NCBI GenBank assembly: GCA_965153355.1
Contig: OZ231126.1
Location: 10,106,001 to 10,170,000 of the forward strand
Source of the DNA: Flaccisagitta enflata
Lineage: Eukaryota
DNA length: 64,000 nt
Direction: 5' to 3'
The notes below the pieces were generated by a model, which was given only the letters and a program-made list of their open reading frames with translations, did no database searches and was not told where the DNA came from. The position numbers and the translations under genes are program-made. Below are positions 12,934-27,195 of this stretch, piece after piece; positions within the stretch are counted from its first letter, which is position 1; each line of letters begins with the position of its first letter.

Positions 12934-13401
12934 AGAGAGAGAAAGAGAGAGACAGTGTGTGTTTTTTCTTCCCGTGGACTGTTTTAAAAACAGATATTGC
13001 TAATATTGCATAAAATAACCCATGCCATTCCTCTAAAAAAGGTTTGCCGTCAAGGACTCCAAGGACCAAGGTTTGCTTTCTCGGACTTCAGTGTTTAATG
13101 TTCAAGGTATGCCGTCATGGACTTAAAAGTATGCATGCCATCATGGACATCAATTATTTTTTCAAAAAAATTTTTGAATTTTTTTTTTTAATTTTTTTTT
13201 TTTTTTTTGAATTTTTTTTTGAATTTTTTGAATTTTTTTTTTTTTTTTTAAATTTTTTTTTTTTTTTGAAATTTTTTTTTTTTTTTTTTTGAAATTTTTT
13301 TTTTTTTTTTTTTGAATTTTTTTCGTGTATCTTCTCGAGTCAGCGTTTATAGAAGTTTCAAAAATTACAGTCCCCAGTCAGGACTGTAATTTGCTTTTTC
13401 T

Positions 13402-13441
<40 letters not shown>

Positions 13442-13537
13442 TATTTTTCTTTTCATTCTATCTCTTTCATTTTCTTTTTTCCTTTTTTTTTCTTTTTTTT
13501 TCTCTTTCTTCTTTCTTCTTTCTTCTATCTTCTTTCT

Positions 13538-13585
<48 letters not shown>

Positions 13586-16500
13586 GCTCGCTCGCTCGCT
13601 CGCTCGCTCGCTCTCTCGCTCTCTCGCGCGCTCTCTCTCACTCACTCACTCACTCACTCACTCACTCACTCACTCACTCACTCACTCACTCACTCACTCA
13701 CTCACTCACTCACTCCTCCCTCCCTAACAAATATGCCAATTAAACACGCAGCAATTCACGAAGCAACGAACATTAAACTACCACATGGACAATTCTCATC
13801 CCGACAAAGTAGACCCGGCGTCACTGACTCACATCTGCGATTTGTGCGGGAAAGTGTTTTCCAGCGGCGAGAGTCTCTGCATTCATCAAGTCGCCTCCCA
13901 TAAAAACAAAAAAGATGACAAATCTCCGTCGTCCAAGTCGTCGCCAGTGAAGAGGAACAAGTGCGGAGGCATCAAAACAGAAGATGGAGGAGGAGAAGAA
14001 GAAGAGACGAATGGGGAATCCGTCTGTTGCCCGATTTGCGGAAGACAATTCGCCAACAAGTCTTATTTGAAGGTAAGAGGGGCTGCTCAAAAGAGGGGAT
14101 GGAATTGGGTTGATAGTTTTGGTCAGTTATGGTGACTAAAACGCTACATTGTAACCGCAGGAGTCTAGGTTCTGTATACATGAGTGAAACCAATCATACA
14201 TTGTCCTTGACAAAAATGAAAAGATTCTCTAAATGAAGGTAGCAGGAGCGTTAACCATTGAATTGGGTTTAAACCAGCCAGGTTTATGCAAAACCGAGTC
14301 GATTGTTAGCATAGGATTGTAAGATCAGCCAAGGAATGGCCAAGAACTGCTTTTTTGGCCGCAGGAGGGAGAGGAAGTCTGCCAATGCGAGGGTTCGTCC
14401 GCCCCTTTCGCGGAAGGGATTTCGCCGCCTAAAAATAAACGACGAGGTCAACAGAAAAGAGCGTCTTATTCCGTAGAGAAGAAAGCTGAAGTCATCTTGG
14501 AAGCCTACAAGTCCGGCCTGTCGCAAGGCAAGGTTAGTCATTAGGAGTTGCGTTGACGTGATTCAATTTTGGTCTGTTGTAGGTGGTTTGCGTTAAAATG
14601 TTATTTGAGATTCATTTGTGTCCGTTCTCAATCAAATGGAGCTTAGCGTCGTTGGTTTTCAAGTCTCTTCTTTTGCCTCTTTATTTTCTCGTCTAAAAAA
14701 AAACACCACCCGTTTCGTCCCTCTTTATCTGTGCCACTCCGCTCTTCCTCATCATCTTCCTCTCCTCTTCCTCCCTCTCTTCTTCCCTGTCTCCCTCTCA
14801 TCCTTAACCCTCCGCTTCCTTTCCTAACACCACCGCCCTTCCCTTTCCAGGTCGCTGCGAAGTTCAATATCAACCGTTCTATGGTGTCATGTTGGATGCG
14901 CGACAAGGACAAAATCATGGACGCCGCCAACAGTCGCACTTCCAAGAAATCAGCCCGCCTGCGTCCTTCGTTAAAACACGCTCGTCTCTTCGAGTCCTTA
15001 AATTCCCGTCTCCGTCAATGTCGCGGTCAAGGGATGTTGGTCGACTTCGGTTGGCTTTGGTCTCAAGCCCGGCAAATTTACGCTCAATCGACCGGCAATC
15101 CGGAAGCCACGCTCTGCGCCCACGTCGTCATTTTATTCCTCAAACGCAACGGAATCAGGCTGAGAGTGAAATACCCGCCCAAACGCCGGAAACTCGATCA
15201 TCGCGAGATCTTCGAGCCGAAATTGCGCCGCTGGCACGCCGATTTGAGGGAAAAGTTGATTCGCGTCGTCGGCAAACCGGGAGAAGGCGCTTACGACCGG
15301 AAGTGGGGTCGGTATCTGCCGACGCAAAGATATTGTCTGGATTCGTGCGTGCTGCCGATTTATCTATCCAGAAACCGAATCGTCGATCATTACAAAGCCG
15401 GAGAAGATGACGGGAGTAAAGGTGAGTGAACAGAGTGTACAGCATACAATTTCAGTTCAATTGTTCTAATAATTGTATTGAGAACAATTGTACTGAGGGT
15501 GAGGGAACTGGCAGGGACAACTTATGAAATCATTGCAGATGATAATTGATTAAAGATTTAAACGGTAGATAGAGACGGGAAGATATGAGAAGGGAGAAAG
15601 TTATGAAAGAACTGCAAGGGAAAAAAAGGCAAGAAAAGAAAGAAACGAAGAACGAGAAAAATTAAGGCAGATCGTAAGAAAGATGAATTGAAAAAAAAAG
15701 AAAGACGTACCTGGAATTCGCGATTAAAAGAACCATGGCAAAATTAAATCTATTCCACTTCCTACCATCACCCTCTTCTTTTTCCACTCCTTCCTCATCG
15801 CAGACAAGATCTGTCAAACGGATCCATCTCACGGTTTGGATCGTCGTCATTGCTCTTTGGTGATATGCCTGCGGGCCGGCGGCGAGCAACCGAGATTGGC
15901 GGTGATCTTCCGCGGCGGAAGAAGATTCGGCGCCGACGAGAAACAACTCTGGAATCCGCAAGTCGACGTCTACTTCCAAGAAAAGGCTTCTTTGGACACG
16001 GCCATCGCCTGCGAGTGGGTGAAACACACGCTCGGGAAGAATCTCGAACGCGGCGGCAGCCGAAGATTCGTCTTATTCTGTGGCAATTCCGCGGCGCTGC
16101 GCAGCGGGGAATTCCACGGTCAAATCTCGTCGAAAGGCGGCGTCGTTTGGCACGGACTCGACGACGCCGAGGAAGTGGCTACGGCGTTGTGGCAGCCCAT
16201 CGAAGCCGGTCCCGCGCAACTGCTCAAAGTCCTCGTCGGTCAGGCGCAAAGAAGTTGGCTGGAATCGAAAGAGAACGCGGCTTTATGGCACGGAGAAACC
16301 AAAGGGTTCACGGCCAAAGACCGAAGAGTGTTGATCACGCATTGGGCCGCGCAGGCGTGGAGCAAATTCATCACCGAAGAATACTCGCAATTCAATCTGA
16401 CGGCGTGGCAGAAAACCGGGTGCCTCATCACCGCCGACGGATCGGACGATCATCTCATCAAACCCGAAGACATCGGCGCCGATTACGTCGTCACGCCACC

Positions 16501-16999
16501 GGCGCCGTTTGAACCGTATCTGCAGGCGCCCATTTTGCAACGGTTTGAACAACATCCGGATGAGTCGTCGTCGGACGATATTCTCGTCGGCGGCGGCGGC
16601 CGCGGCGGTGGCGCCGAAACGCTGGAATCTTCGCAACGTCTTTTGTTATCCATGGGATCATCGATGCCATCGTTGGCCAATGGATTTAACCTGCCGCCTA
16701 TGGAACCCAACGCCGGCGCCGTGGTCGCCTCCGCCGTCAACGACGCCGCGGCGGCGGTGGCGGGTTGGAACCACGACGCCGCCGACGCCGACTCGCCGTT
16801 ACGCGACGACCCGGCCGATCGAGACTTTAACCACGAGCTGGTCGGTCGGCAGTTGAAAGTGTGGTACGAAGACGGATGGGCCACCGGCAGAATCAGTTAC
16901 TACAACATCAAATTCGCGATGATGAAAGTGGATTTCAACGAAGACGCCGACTTTGTAGCGCCTCACGATATCGACGGAATCGAAGTCGTCCTCTTGTGA
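10105..16999 (+). CDS. C2H2 zinc-finger protein fused to a pogo/CENP-B-type HTH, a degenerate DDE transposase and a Tudor-like C-terminus (POGZ-like architecture)
   Basis: Phase-consistent GT-AG exons 10105-10258, 10462-11594, 13752-14072, ~14365-14532, 14851-15421 and 15804-16999. Finger 5 is completed across the exon 2/3 junction (CLHCDK|QFTKQRTLNYHMDNSH). HTH: SYSVEKKAEVI..VAAKFNINRSMVSCW. Pogo-like motifs KWGRY, LAVIFRG, WQP and KTGCLITADGSDD. Exon 1 and the start of exon 4 are less certain. Confidence 0.85.
11780..12095. repeat. (TTTC/TTC)n pyrimidine microsatellite
   Basis: Directly visible, intronic. Confidence 0.95.
12204..12830. repeat. ~180-bp tandem repeat (about 3 units) preceded by an inverted partial unit
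   Basis: gggtagtaaaagtttatgaatttttt...aaaattcgaattaaatctgaagtctggttta recurs at ~12362, 12528 and 12693; 12204-12310 is a reverse-complement copy. Confidence 0.8.
12843..13720. repeat. Microsatellite cluster: (CA)n, poly-T, (TTTC)n, (CTCG)n, (CACT)n
   Basis: Directly visible tracts at ~12843-12950, 13155-13323 and 13395-13720. Confidence 0.95.
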
Positions 17000-19167
17000 T
17001 CCAAAGAACGGTCCGTCTCCAAACAGTAACAACAAATACATAGTGCAATGAATAATGCAATCAAGACGTAAGTGGAGTGATGTTTATCAGGGCCATGCGT
17101 GTAATCAGAATGGAGCATGGAAAATGGGATACATTTCTAAGACAACGCTCCACTTGGTAGTAATCGCGGGAGAGATTTCTCACAGACAATCACTCAGAGC
17201 ATGCAGTCGTTACTTGTCAAAAAATGTCCCTCGGACGGGTCAGTTAACGTTAAAAAATGTCGGACAAATTTGTTGCATTGAATGTGATTGATTATCCCTC
17301 GGAAGAAGTCCTCTTTTAGTTCGGAAATTTATTTACAGTTTACAGGATGGGATGGTCTTCTGGAAGGTGGATGGGCGTATTGTTTTCATTCTCATCTCAT
17401 TTTCATCGTATTTGTGTCATTGTCATGTTTCTTTTAACTCTTTTTCCAGTTGCTCGATATCACGCTGTATTTTTTCCATGTCTTGAGAATTTTCTTCAGT
17501 AAGATTCAGTCTTTGGTTCTGTGAAGTAATTTTTCTAGCCGCAAAGGAGTGAACGGGTTTGTAACAAAAATTCTTAGCTGTAGTTGTTACACATGAAGAC
17601 CAAGGTTGGAGAACTGATTCAACTTGGACTTTACATTCCAAACAAATATGAGGCGATGAGAGAATGAGACCACGATAGCGATTTTTTTTGATGACGAAAT
17701 AAAATCAAGCCCATTAATGATGGTAGTTTTTTACAAAGTTTTTACAAAGTTTTGACCCTTCCCGTTGACTGATTGAGATGAAAATTTGCAGTTGGGTGGA
17801 GAACAAAAGATGATTTTGAGTGTATTTTCAGCTGATTACATTATGGTTAAAGGAGTTTTTTGATGATTTTTAGAGGAAAGCCACGAAGGTCGAAGAGAGA
17901 TCGTGTTTCTTCGCCACGTCGCATTATTATCTCCGATACAAAAAAAAAAAAAAATCAAGAATAAAAAATTCGGGATCTCAACTCCTTATACAGAACTCCT
18001 TATACTCCTTATCCCAGAAAAAATAACAACTCCTTATACTCCTTATCCCAGAAAAAATAACAAAAATGGATGGTAGGGTTACTTTTTGACATTTTTAACA
18101 AAAATCACTTAAAATTCGCATAAAATAACAGAAATTATTTAACCACCTATTTTTATTTTTTTAAGTATTAAGTTCTTGAAGATCCAATTTTTATTCTTGA
18201 TTATGAATCCACAAACACAGAAGAATGTTTTGCCATCTTTTTTTTCTGAAATTTCAACGTACTAGGTACCCATTACCCCAAATGATCCACCTAGGTAGAA
18301 ACACAAATGATTTTTTGGTTCCAAATTTGCACTGTCCAAATTCTTTGTGTTAAAACTTAAAGATTGACACCAAGATTGTCCATTTACTACACAAAATGGC
18401 TGAGATATGGCTTTTTGAAGTTTTGGAGTACCCAGGGGCCCCAAAGTTTCAAACCCCCGTAAAACAAGTATTGGTCTAGAGCAAAAATATTTGGGATTCT
18501 TGAATATCTCCCCAAGGGCTACCTTTGCACCAAAAATGAGCAAAATCTATTTTTTTAGGGTTTTCAGTTTGTACATTTTGAGATGGAATCACCCTACTAT
18601 GCTTTTCAAGCCTCAATTCCTCATGAATAACATGCAAAATTGAATAATGCAAAATTGAATAATGCAAAATTCCCATTGCATTCTAAAATTTACAAAAAAG
18701 TACAAAAAAGTGTATAATTCCCATTAAATGTCATGGAGAATTGATAAAAAAAGTTGACGAAAATGAAAATTTCCATTGAATAACTTGAAAAAAAATTGCC
18801 CTAAAGACCTCTAATGGGCCCCCTCAGGATTTCTGAAAATTCACCCCCCGGACATCGGCCCCTCCGTTTTTAGAGGAGTCCTCGCATGAGAGCGTGTGTC
18901 TGTCCGTCTGTATTTCCGATACTTATGTTTTAACATAGTTTCTTTGATTGTTTTTCTCAGAAATTCGGAGTCTTTCCGTCTTTCCAGCTTCTCAATATGA
19001 GGAGGACAATATTACATTTAAACCAAAAATTAGAATAAAGACAAGAGCTTTCGGAGCTTTAACTCTTGTTTAATGCGCACCAACCCCATTTATCACACAT
19101 ATTCAGCACGAAATTCAGGACGCATTCTTTTGCTTCCATTCTTCGCCCGCGATTTTTTTTCGTTCAG

Positions 19168-22264
<3,097 letters not shown>

Positions 22265-22839
22265 TGAGCTGGATGAGGCAAGCAGGCATTTAGTTGGGCT
22301 TAGAGATCTCAAGCCAAAGTCACCTCTTCGTTAGCTAGGTCATGAGAGGGAATTGCAGACAGTGTTGTCGTGCGTCTCAACAAAAAAAAACTTCATTGAT
22401 CGCGATGAAAGCGTTGTTCTTTGTCAGCTATGTAATGATAATTTTGGTAACTTTCCTCCTACTTTCCCTTCTACATAGGGTAGTGGAGTCACCCACTTTT
22501 TTTTCTCGAGAAAATGAGGAAAATATTGGTGAATTTGAAAATTAAGGAAGACAGTGAGTCTAGTCTTTGATGAAAACAGAAATGTTTTAAAAAATCTACC
22601 TGGGCTGTTTAATTGGGTGACCTATTTTACACCATCACCCCCTTAATTTTAAATTCTTTGTCCAAGCAAACCGCACCGACTTTGCTAAGCTTTATCCGAA
22701 TTTAGTCTTTCTCTAAATTACATCAACTTTTTTGGAAAAGTTAGCTTTTGTAACGACGATCTACCAATTCCTTTTACTGCCATCTTCCCACAAAGGACGA
22801 GAAAAACAACTTGAAAGTGAAAAAAAAAACTACATCAGA

Positions 22840-25800
22840 ATGTCTAATTCCGAACTGACCGGAAGAAATCGCGCCTTAGATGAACGTGACAAGGCCGTAA
22901 ACTACTACGAGGATACTGGTTTACGTGGAAGCATTCAGGATCTGTTGAATATTACTTATTTCGAGGTGGGGGTCGATATTGTGACTTTAGTGGTAGCTCA
23001 CCTTGATCTGGGGGCTGAGAAAAACCCGAGATGAATCTAGCATGTTTCAATAGCTTAATTTCATGAAAACATGCTTCTAGGTGTAGTGAGATGAAATTTT
23101 TAACTGAAGCTCTAAAACCATCCTTTCTTCATGTAAAATTTCATCTCACTGGGGCAACTACAAGTGTGCCTTTCATGTAATTTAAGCTATTGAGATTCAT
23201 CTCGGGGTTTTCTCAGCCCCCAGATCAAGGTGTAGCTGTGGTGATGATATCGATGGAACAATTGGCACAGGCACAGGTACACTGGTACAGCCGTGCAGGA
23301 ACTGGTGTATTTGGTACTTAATTATGGCACGGTTTTGCTCAGAACCCGACAGACGTAAGTGGTTTCGTCGCCGGATTTTTCAACGCCATTTCCAAGGATA
23401 AACTTCTGGAAGGAGTCAGGTGTTTTTGTTGACGGCAATTGGCTTGGACGGACGGACGTGTCTCAAGAGTTTCTAGAGTGGGCCCCATGCCGTAAAACCA
23501 AATTGGCTAGGTACATAATTTCTTTTATTCAGTCTGGACTTCACGTCGCTTGACTGCGAGCTTCGAACCCGACCCAGCGTCCAGATACTTCACCTGAAGT
23601 TCAACGAACCTCGGTAAATTTTTCTTCGCAGCTTAAATCAAAGGACGCCGTTTTCACGCACTATAATGATGGATAGCTGCTTTCTCCCCCTCTTAAATGA
23701 CGATGTGTTGTTTCCCCCGTAACATTCAGCGTGGTGGCGTCCCTTCCTTGTTGGCTCACCTCAGAGCAATTGGATTTTGGGGATGCCTTCTCCGCAACCG
23801 CCATCTTTGGTGACAAATTGAAAGGCATTTGCTTTTGGGTATGTCTTTGCTTTTGGGTATGTCGAGTTAATGTCTGTCCGTATATACTAGTCCCCATAGT
23901 GTAATCACAACGCTATTGCTAGCCAATTGGTCTTCTGTGAAGGACTACGAGGATGTGGACGCGGCCATGATGGCAGTTGTGATGGATTTGCGAGAGAGAC
24001 ATGCTCAACTATCAACCTCCTCACCCGAAACTTCTCTCGAGAACCAAGGTTATTTTCACTTACACGAAATTCTCACGTTTGCTTATAACTTCTGAATGAC
24101 TGTAAAATGAACAAGCCCAATCGGGCAACGTTGTCCTGTGTCGATGTTGCAATGAAATTGTGCGGCAAGCACTTGCTATCTTGCTAATAAATATATCAAC
24201 ATCTGAAAAGAAGCATCAACTTTGGAAGAGTACTGCTCCTAAACGAATAAAGCTACAATTACCAGATTGGTCGCATTTTAAAGCATTAAAACAAACATCT
24301 AAAGTGAGACCAATCTGATAATTGTAGCTTTATTCGTTTTGGAGCAGTACTCTTTCAAAGTTGCTTCTTTTCAGATGTTGATATATTTATTAGCAAGATA
24401 GTAACGTAGTTCTGCTGGGACGCATCTGATAAGCGAAAAATTTTGTGATTGGCATTTGTATCGCTAAAACCTGATGGGCTTACAGACAGAAGGACAAGAA
24501 TTGTGAAAAGAGATGCGAGCACGAATCTTGATAATTGACAGGGTATGTTGGGGGGCGGGGGGGGGGGGAAATAGCAAGGCAATATCTGGCCTTAATGCCT
24601 CAAGGTTGCTGGTCAGAATGCTGTACAATTTGGAAAAAAAAATGACGGAATCAACCATGACTAATCATTAATGCGATGGATCACAGAAACTGTCAAGATT
24701 ACCATGGCCGCTATAAGTGAAGTGCCCGAAGACAAAGCAGATGTCACCGTCGTTTCGGCTAACGTTGATAAGCCGCCGTTGGATGAAGAAGCTTTCGATC
24801 GTCTGCTTGAGTTTCGAGCGTGCGTGTCTTTGGCAGTGGCGTCGGCCGGAGTGGCGTCGGCCGGAGCCGCTTGCGCCGAGGCTCGTCGTCATGGGCAATG
24901 TGAGTCACGTGGCAGCGACGCCGCCGGCTTGTATCGCTATCTTTGGCATTGTATGGAATCATGTAAAGCGAAACGGTTTCCAGGAGCTTCATTCATCGTA
25001 GACGAAGCTGGAAACGTCACCGATGGAGGAGAAGTCGGTTAGGGTTTTGGTCATGGTTTCTTTCTCGTGCTAGTTTTTGTTCCGTCTGAATCACTAATAA
25101 GAAGATCCTATTCTTTTCCTCTTTTATCATGTCTGTTTGACACTACGTCCATCTGTCTCTCCATGTTTGTCACACGTTTAGGAGAAGATCCATTGTTGGC
25201 CTCAATGGAAGGAGTTACTTCTGCCCTTGAAGCCCCCGTCGACATGCGATCCAAGGGCGATCTAAATAAAGAAAAATTGAATAAAGAAAAATTGAATAAA
25301 CTACCAACTGCGTCCTCGGAAAGAATTCAGACTTACGTCGACGAGACACTTTCACCCAAGTCTCGCCTAAAACCCATTTCTACCAAGAAATCTTCGGGAA
25401 ACGAAGCGAAATCTCTCAATCAGCCATCATCGTTGCCCGACACTTTAGTCGTAGAGAAAGAGGAGGAGGAGGAGGAGGAGGAGGATTCGCCGACACCTCA
25501 AACGATAGATTATGACGTCACGGCTTGGCCGCTCGTCCGTGACCGTCTCCCGCGGCCCGTCGTACCCCTCTTCTCATTCAGATCATCTTCGTCGTCGATG
25601 CCGCCGTATTCTCCTTATGGCCCCATCACTTACGTTGACACGGTCTTTGTCGTACCTACGACGAACATACTGCCGGAAGATTATGGCCGCATGATAAAGA
25701 CGACGATGCAGGTTCTTGACAGTCAGTGAACAAAATGGTATTTGTAGATATGTCAGCAGTTTGGCAAATCTCAAAACAGTGAGATCTTTCATTCTAGTAC

Positions 25801-27195
25801 ATTTCAACGCGTTGAGATTTCTCATTCTGGCATATTTCAACATGTTGAGATCTCTCATTCTGGCATATTTCAACATGTTGCGATTTCTTATTCAATTAGA
25901 TTTATCTCAGTAGAATGAGAGATTTCAACGTGTTAAATTGTGCCTGAATAAAAGATTTCAATATGTTAAAATATACTAAACTGCTGATATATCAACAAAT
26001 ATTGTAATGTCCATAGACTGTTGACGTCATTTTACATGTGAAACACTTTTATTTGGTTACTTGTTCATGTGGTTGAAATATTTTCATCCCTCCTCAACTG
26101 TACGTACAGGCCATCTTCAAACTGCTAATCCCGCCGGAAGGAGGAGCTGAAGGCGACCAGATGACAAATTCATCGAGAGCGAAAAAGGCCGAAGTGTCGT
26201 CCAAGAAGGGATCGAAAGGCAAAAGCCGGAATAACGAGAAAGATTACTACGCGGGTGACGACTGGTGGTCCGAAGATGAAACGGCCAACTTTGAGTTTGA
26301 TAGCGACGTAGACGTTCTCGATGGTAATTTGACGGGTCTGTCTAACATGATAAAGATCATGACTACGTCTGTCAGAGTGCCCTGAAAAGCCAAAATTGTA
26401 CTTCGCCTGGCAAAAATATTTTTCCTTTGCAAAAATGCTTTCAAATGAGCCATTGCACAACTTTCAAATCAATCGGGATCCATCTTTAGGGTAAGGTTGA
26501 AGATTACATTGAATCATCATTGGAATCTTTTTTTCTATTATGCAAATTTTGTCTCTCTCATACAGATCTATGGAAACTTCAAAGTCATCCTAAAGATGGT
26601 TCCTGATTGATTTGAAAATTGCGCGTTAGCTCATTTGAAAGCATTTTTGCAAAGGAAAAATATTCTTGCCAGGCGAAGTACAATTTTAGCTTTTCTGGGC
26701 ACTCTGACAGACGTAATCATGACGCTTAGTATAGGGGGTAAAAAACGGTTGTAACTTTAGTACGACGTAGGCAGAGGCAGTGGCAAACTGTTGTTGGTGA
26801 TCTTCTCGTCTCCGTTTCCCGGCGTCAGGTGAATGATAAATCTCCTTAGTCACTTAGGAAGGGGCACCGTTTGAGATTCGGTCAATGTCAATGACGATTC
26901 TCAATGAAGTTCAAACTGCTAAAGAAGACATCGTGACATGTCTATCAATGTCTTGTTCTTCAGCGAATTTCAATGCGAGAGCCAAAGCCGCGGCGAGGAA
27001 AAAGTTCATGGCCACTGCAAAGTCAAAAGGGAAACCGGCGGGGCCTCCGGTAGTCCACACGGAGTATGGCACCCTTGCATTCCCACAGGCCGATTCTTTA
27101 GGTGTGCAATTTTCTGTCATCTGTCGATCTCAAAACGTTTCTAGGGTCTTTCGCTCTCAGGTGGATACTGTGTTATCATCTCATACAGTAGTCAA
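22840..27195 (+). CDS. ENO4: Divergent enolase-4-like protein, truncated at the fold-back point
   Basis: Phase-consistent exons 22840-22965, 23343-23510 (needs a -1 T-run correction; the mirror copy has 4 T), 23533-23613, 23900-24048, 24687-25037, 25182-25711, 26110-26323, 26761-26828, 26858-27101 and 27161-~27195. The N-terminus KAVNYYEDTGLRGSIQDLLNITYFENPTDVSGFVAGFF resembles the ENO4 N-terminal docking-type motif. CVSLAVASAG..LYRYL and LPRPVVPLF resemble enolase motifs. Confidence 0.7.
22999..23232. mobile_element. Fold-back MITE in intron 1 of the ENO4-like gene
   Basis: caccttgatctgggggctgagaaaaacccgagatgaatct pairs with agattcatctcggggttttctcagcccccagatcaaggtg; inner arms are also complementary. 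Confidence 0.75.
24177..24401. repeat. ~225-bp near-perfect hairpin (probable fold-back MITE)
   Basis: ctatcttgctaataaatatatcaacatctgaaaagaagc pairs with gcttcttttcagatgttgatatatttattagcaagatag; no clear TSD. Confidence 0.8.
25780..25890. repeat. 33-bp tandem repeat (about 3 units)
   Basis: gagat(t/c)tctcattctggcatatttcaacatgtt repeated. Confidence 0.85.
26364..26715. mobile_element. hAT-like MITE with 8-bp TSD
   Basis: ATCATGAC at 26356-26363 and 26716-26723; ~85-bp TIRs starting tacgtctgtcagagtgccc. Confidence 0.85.
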
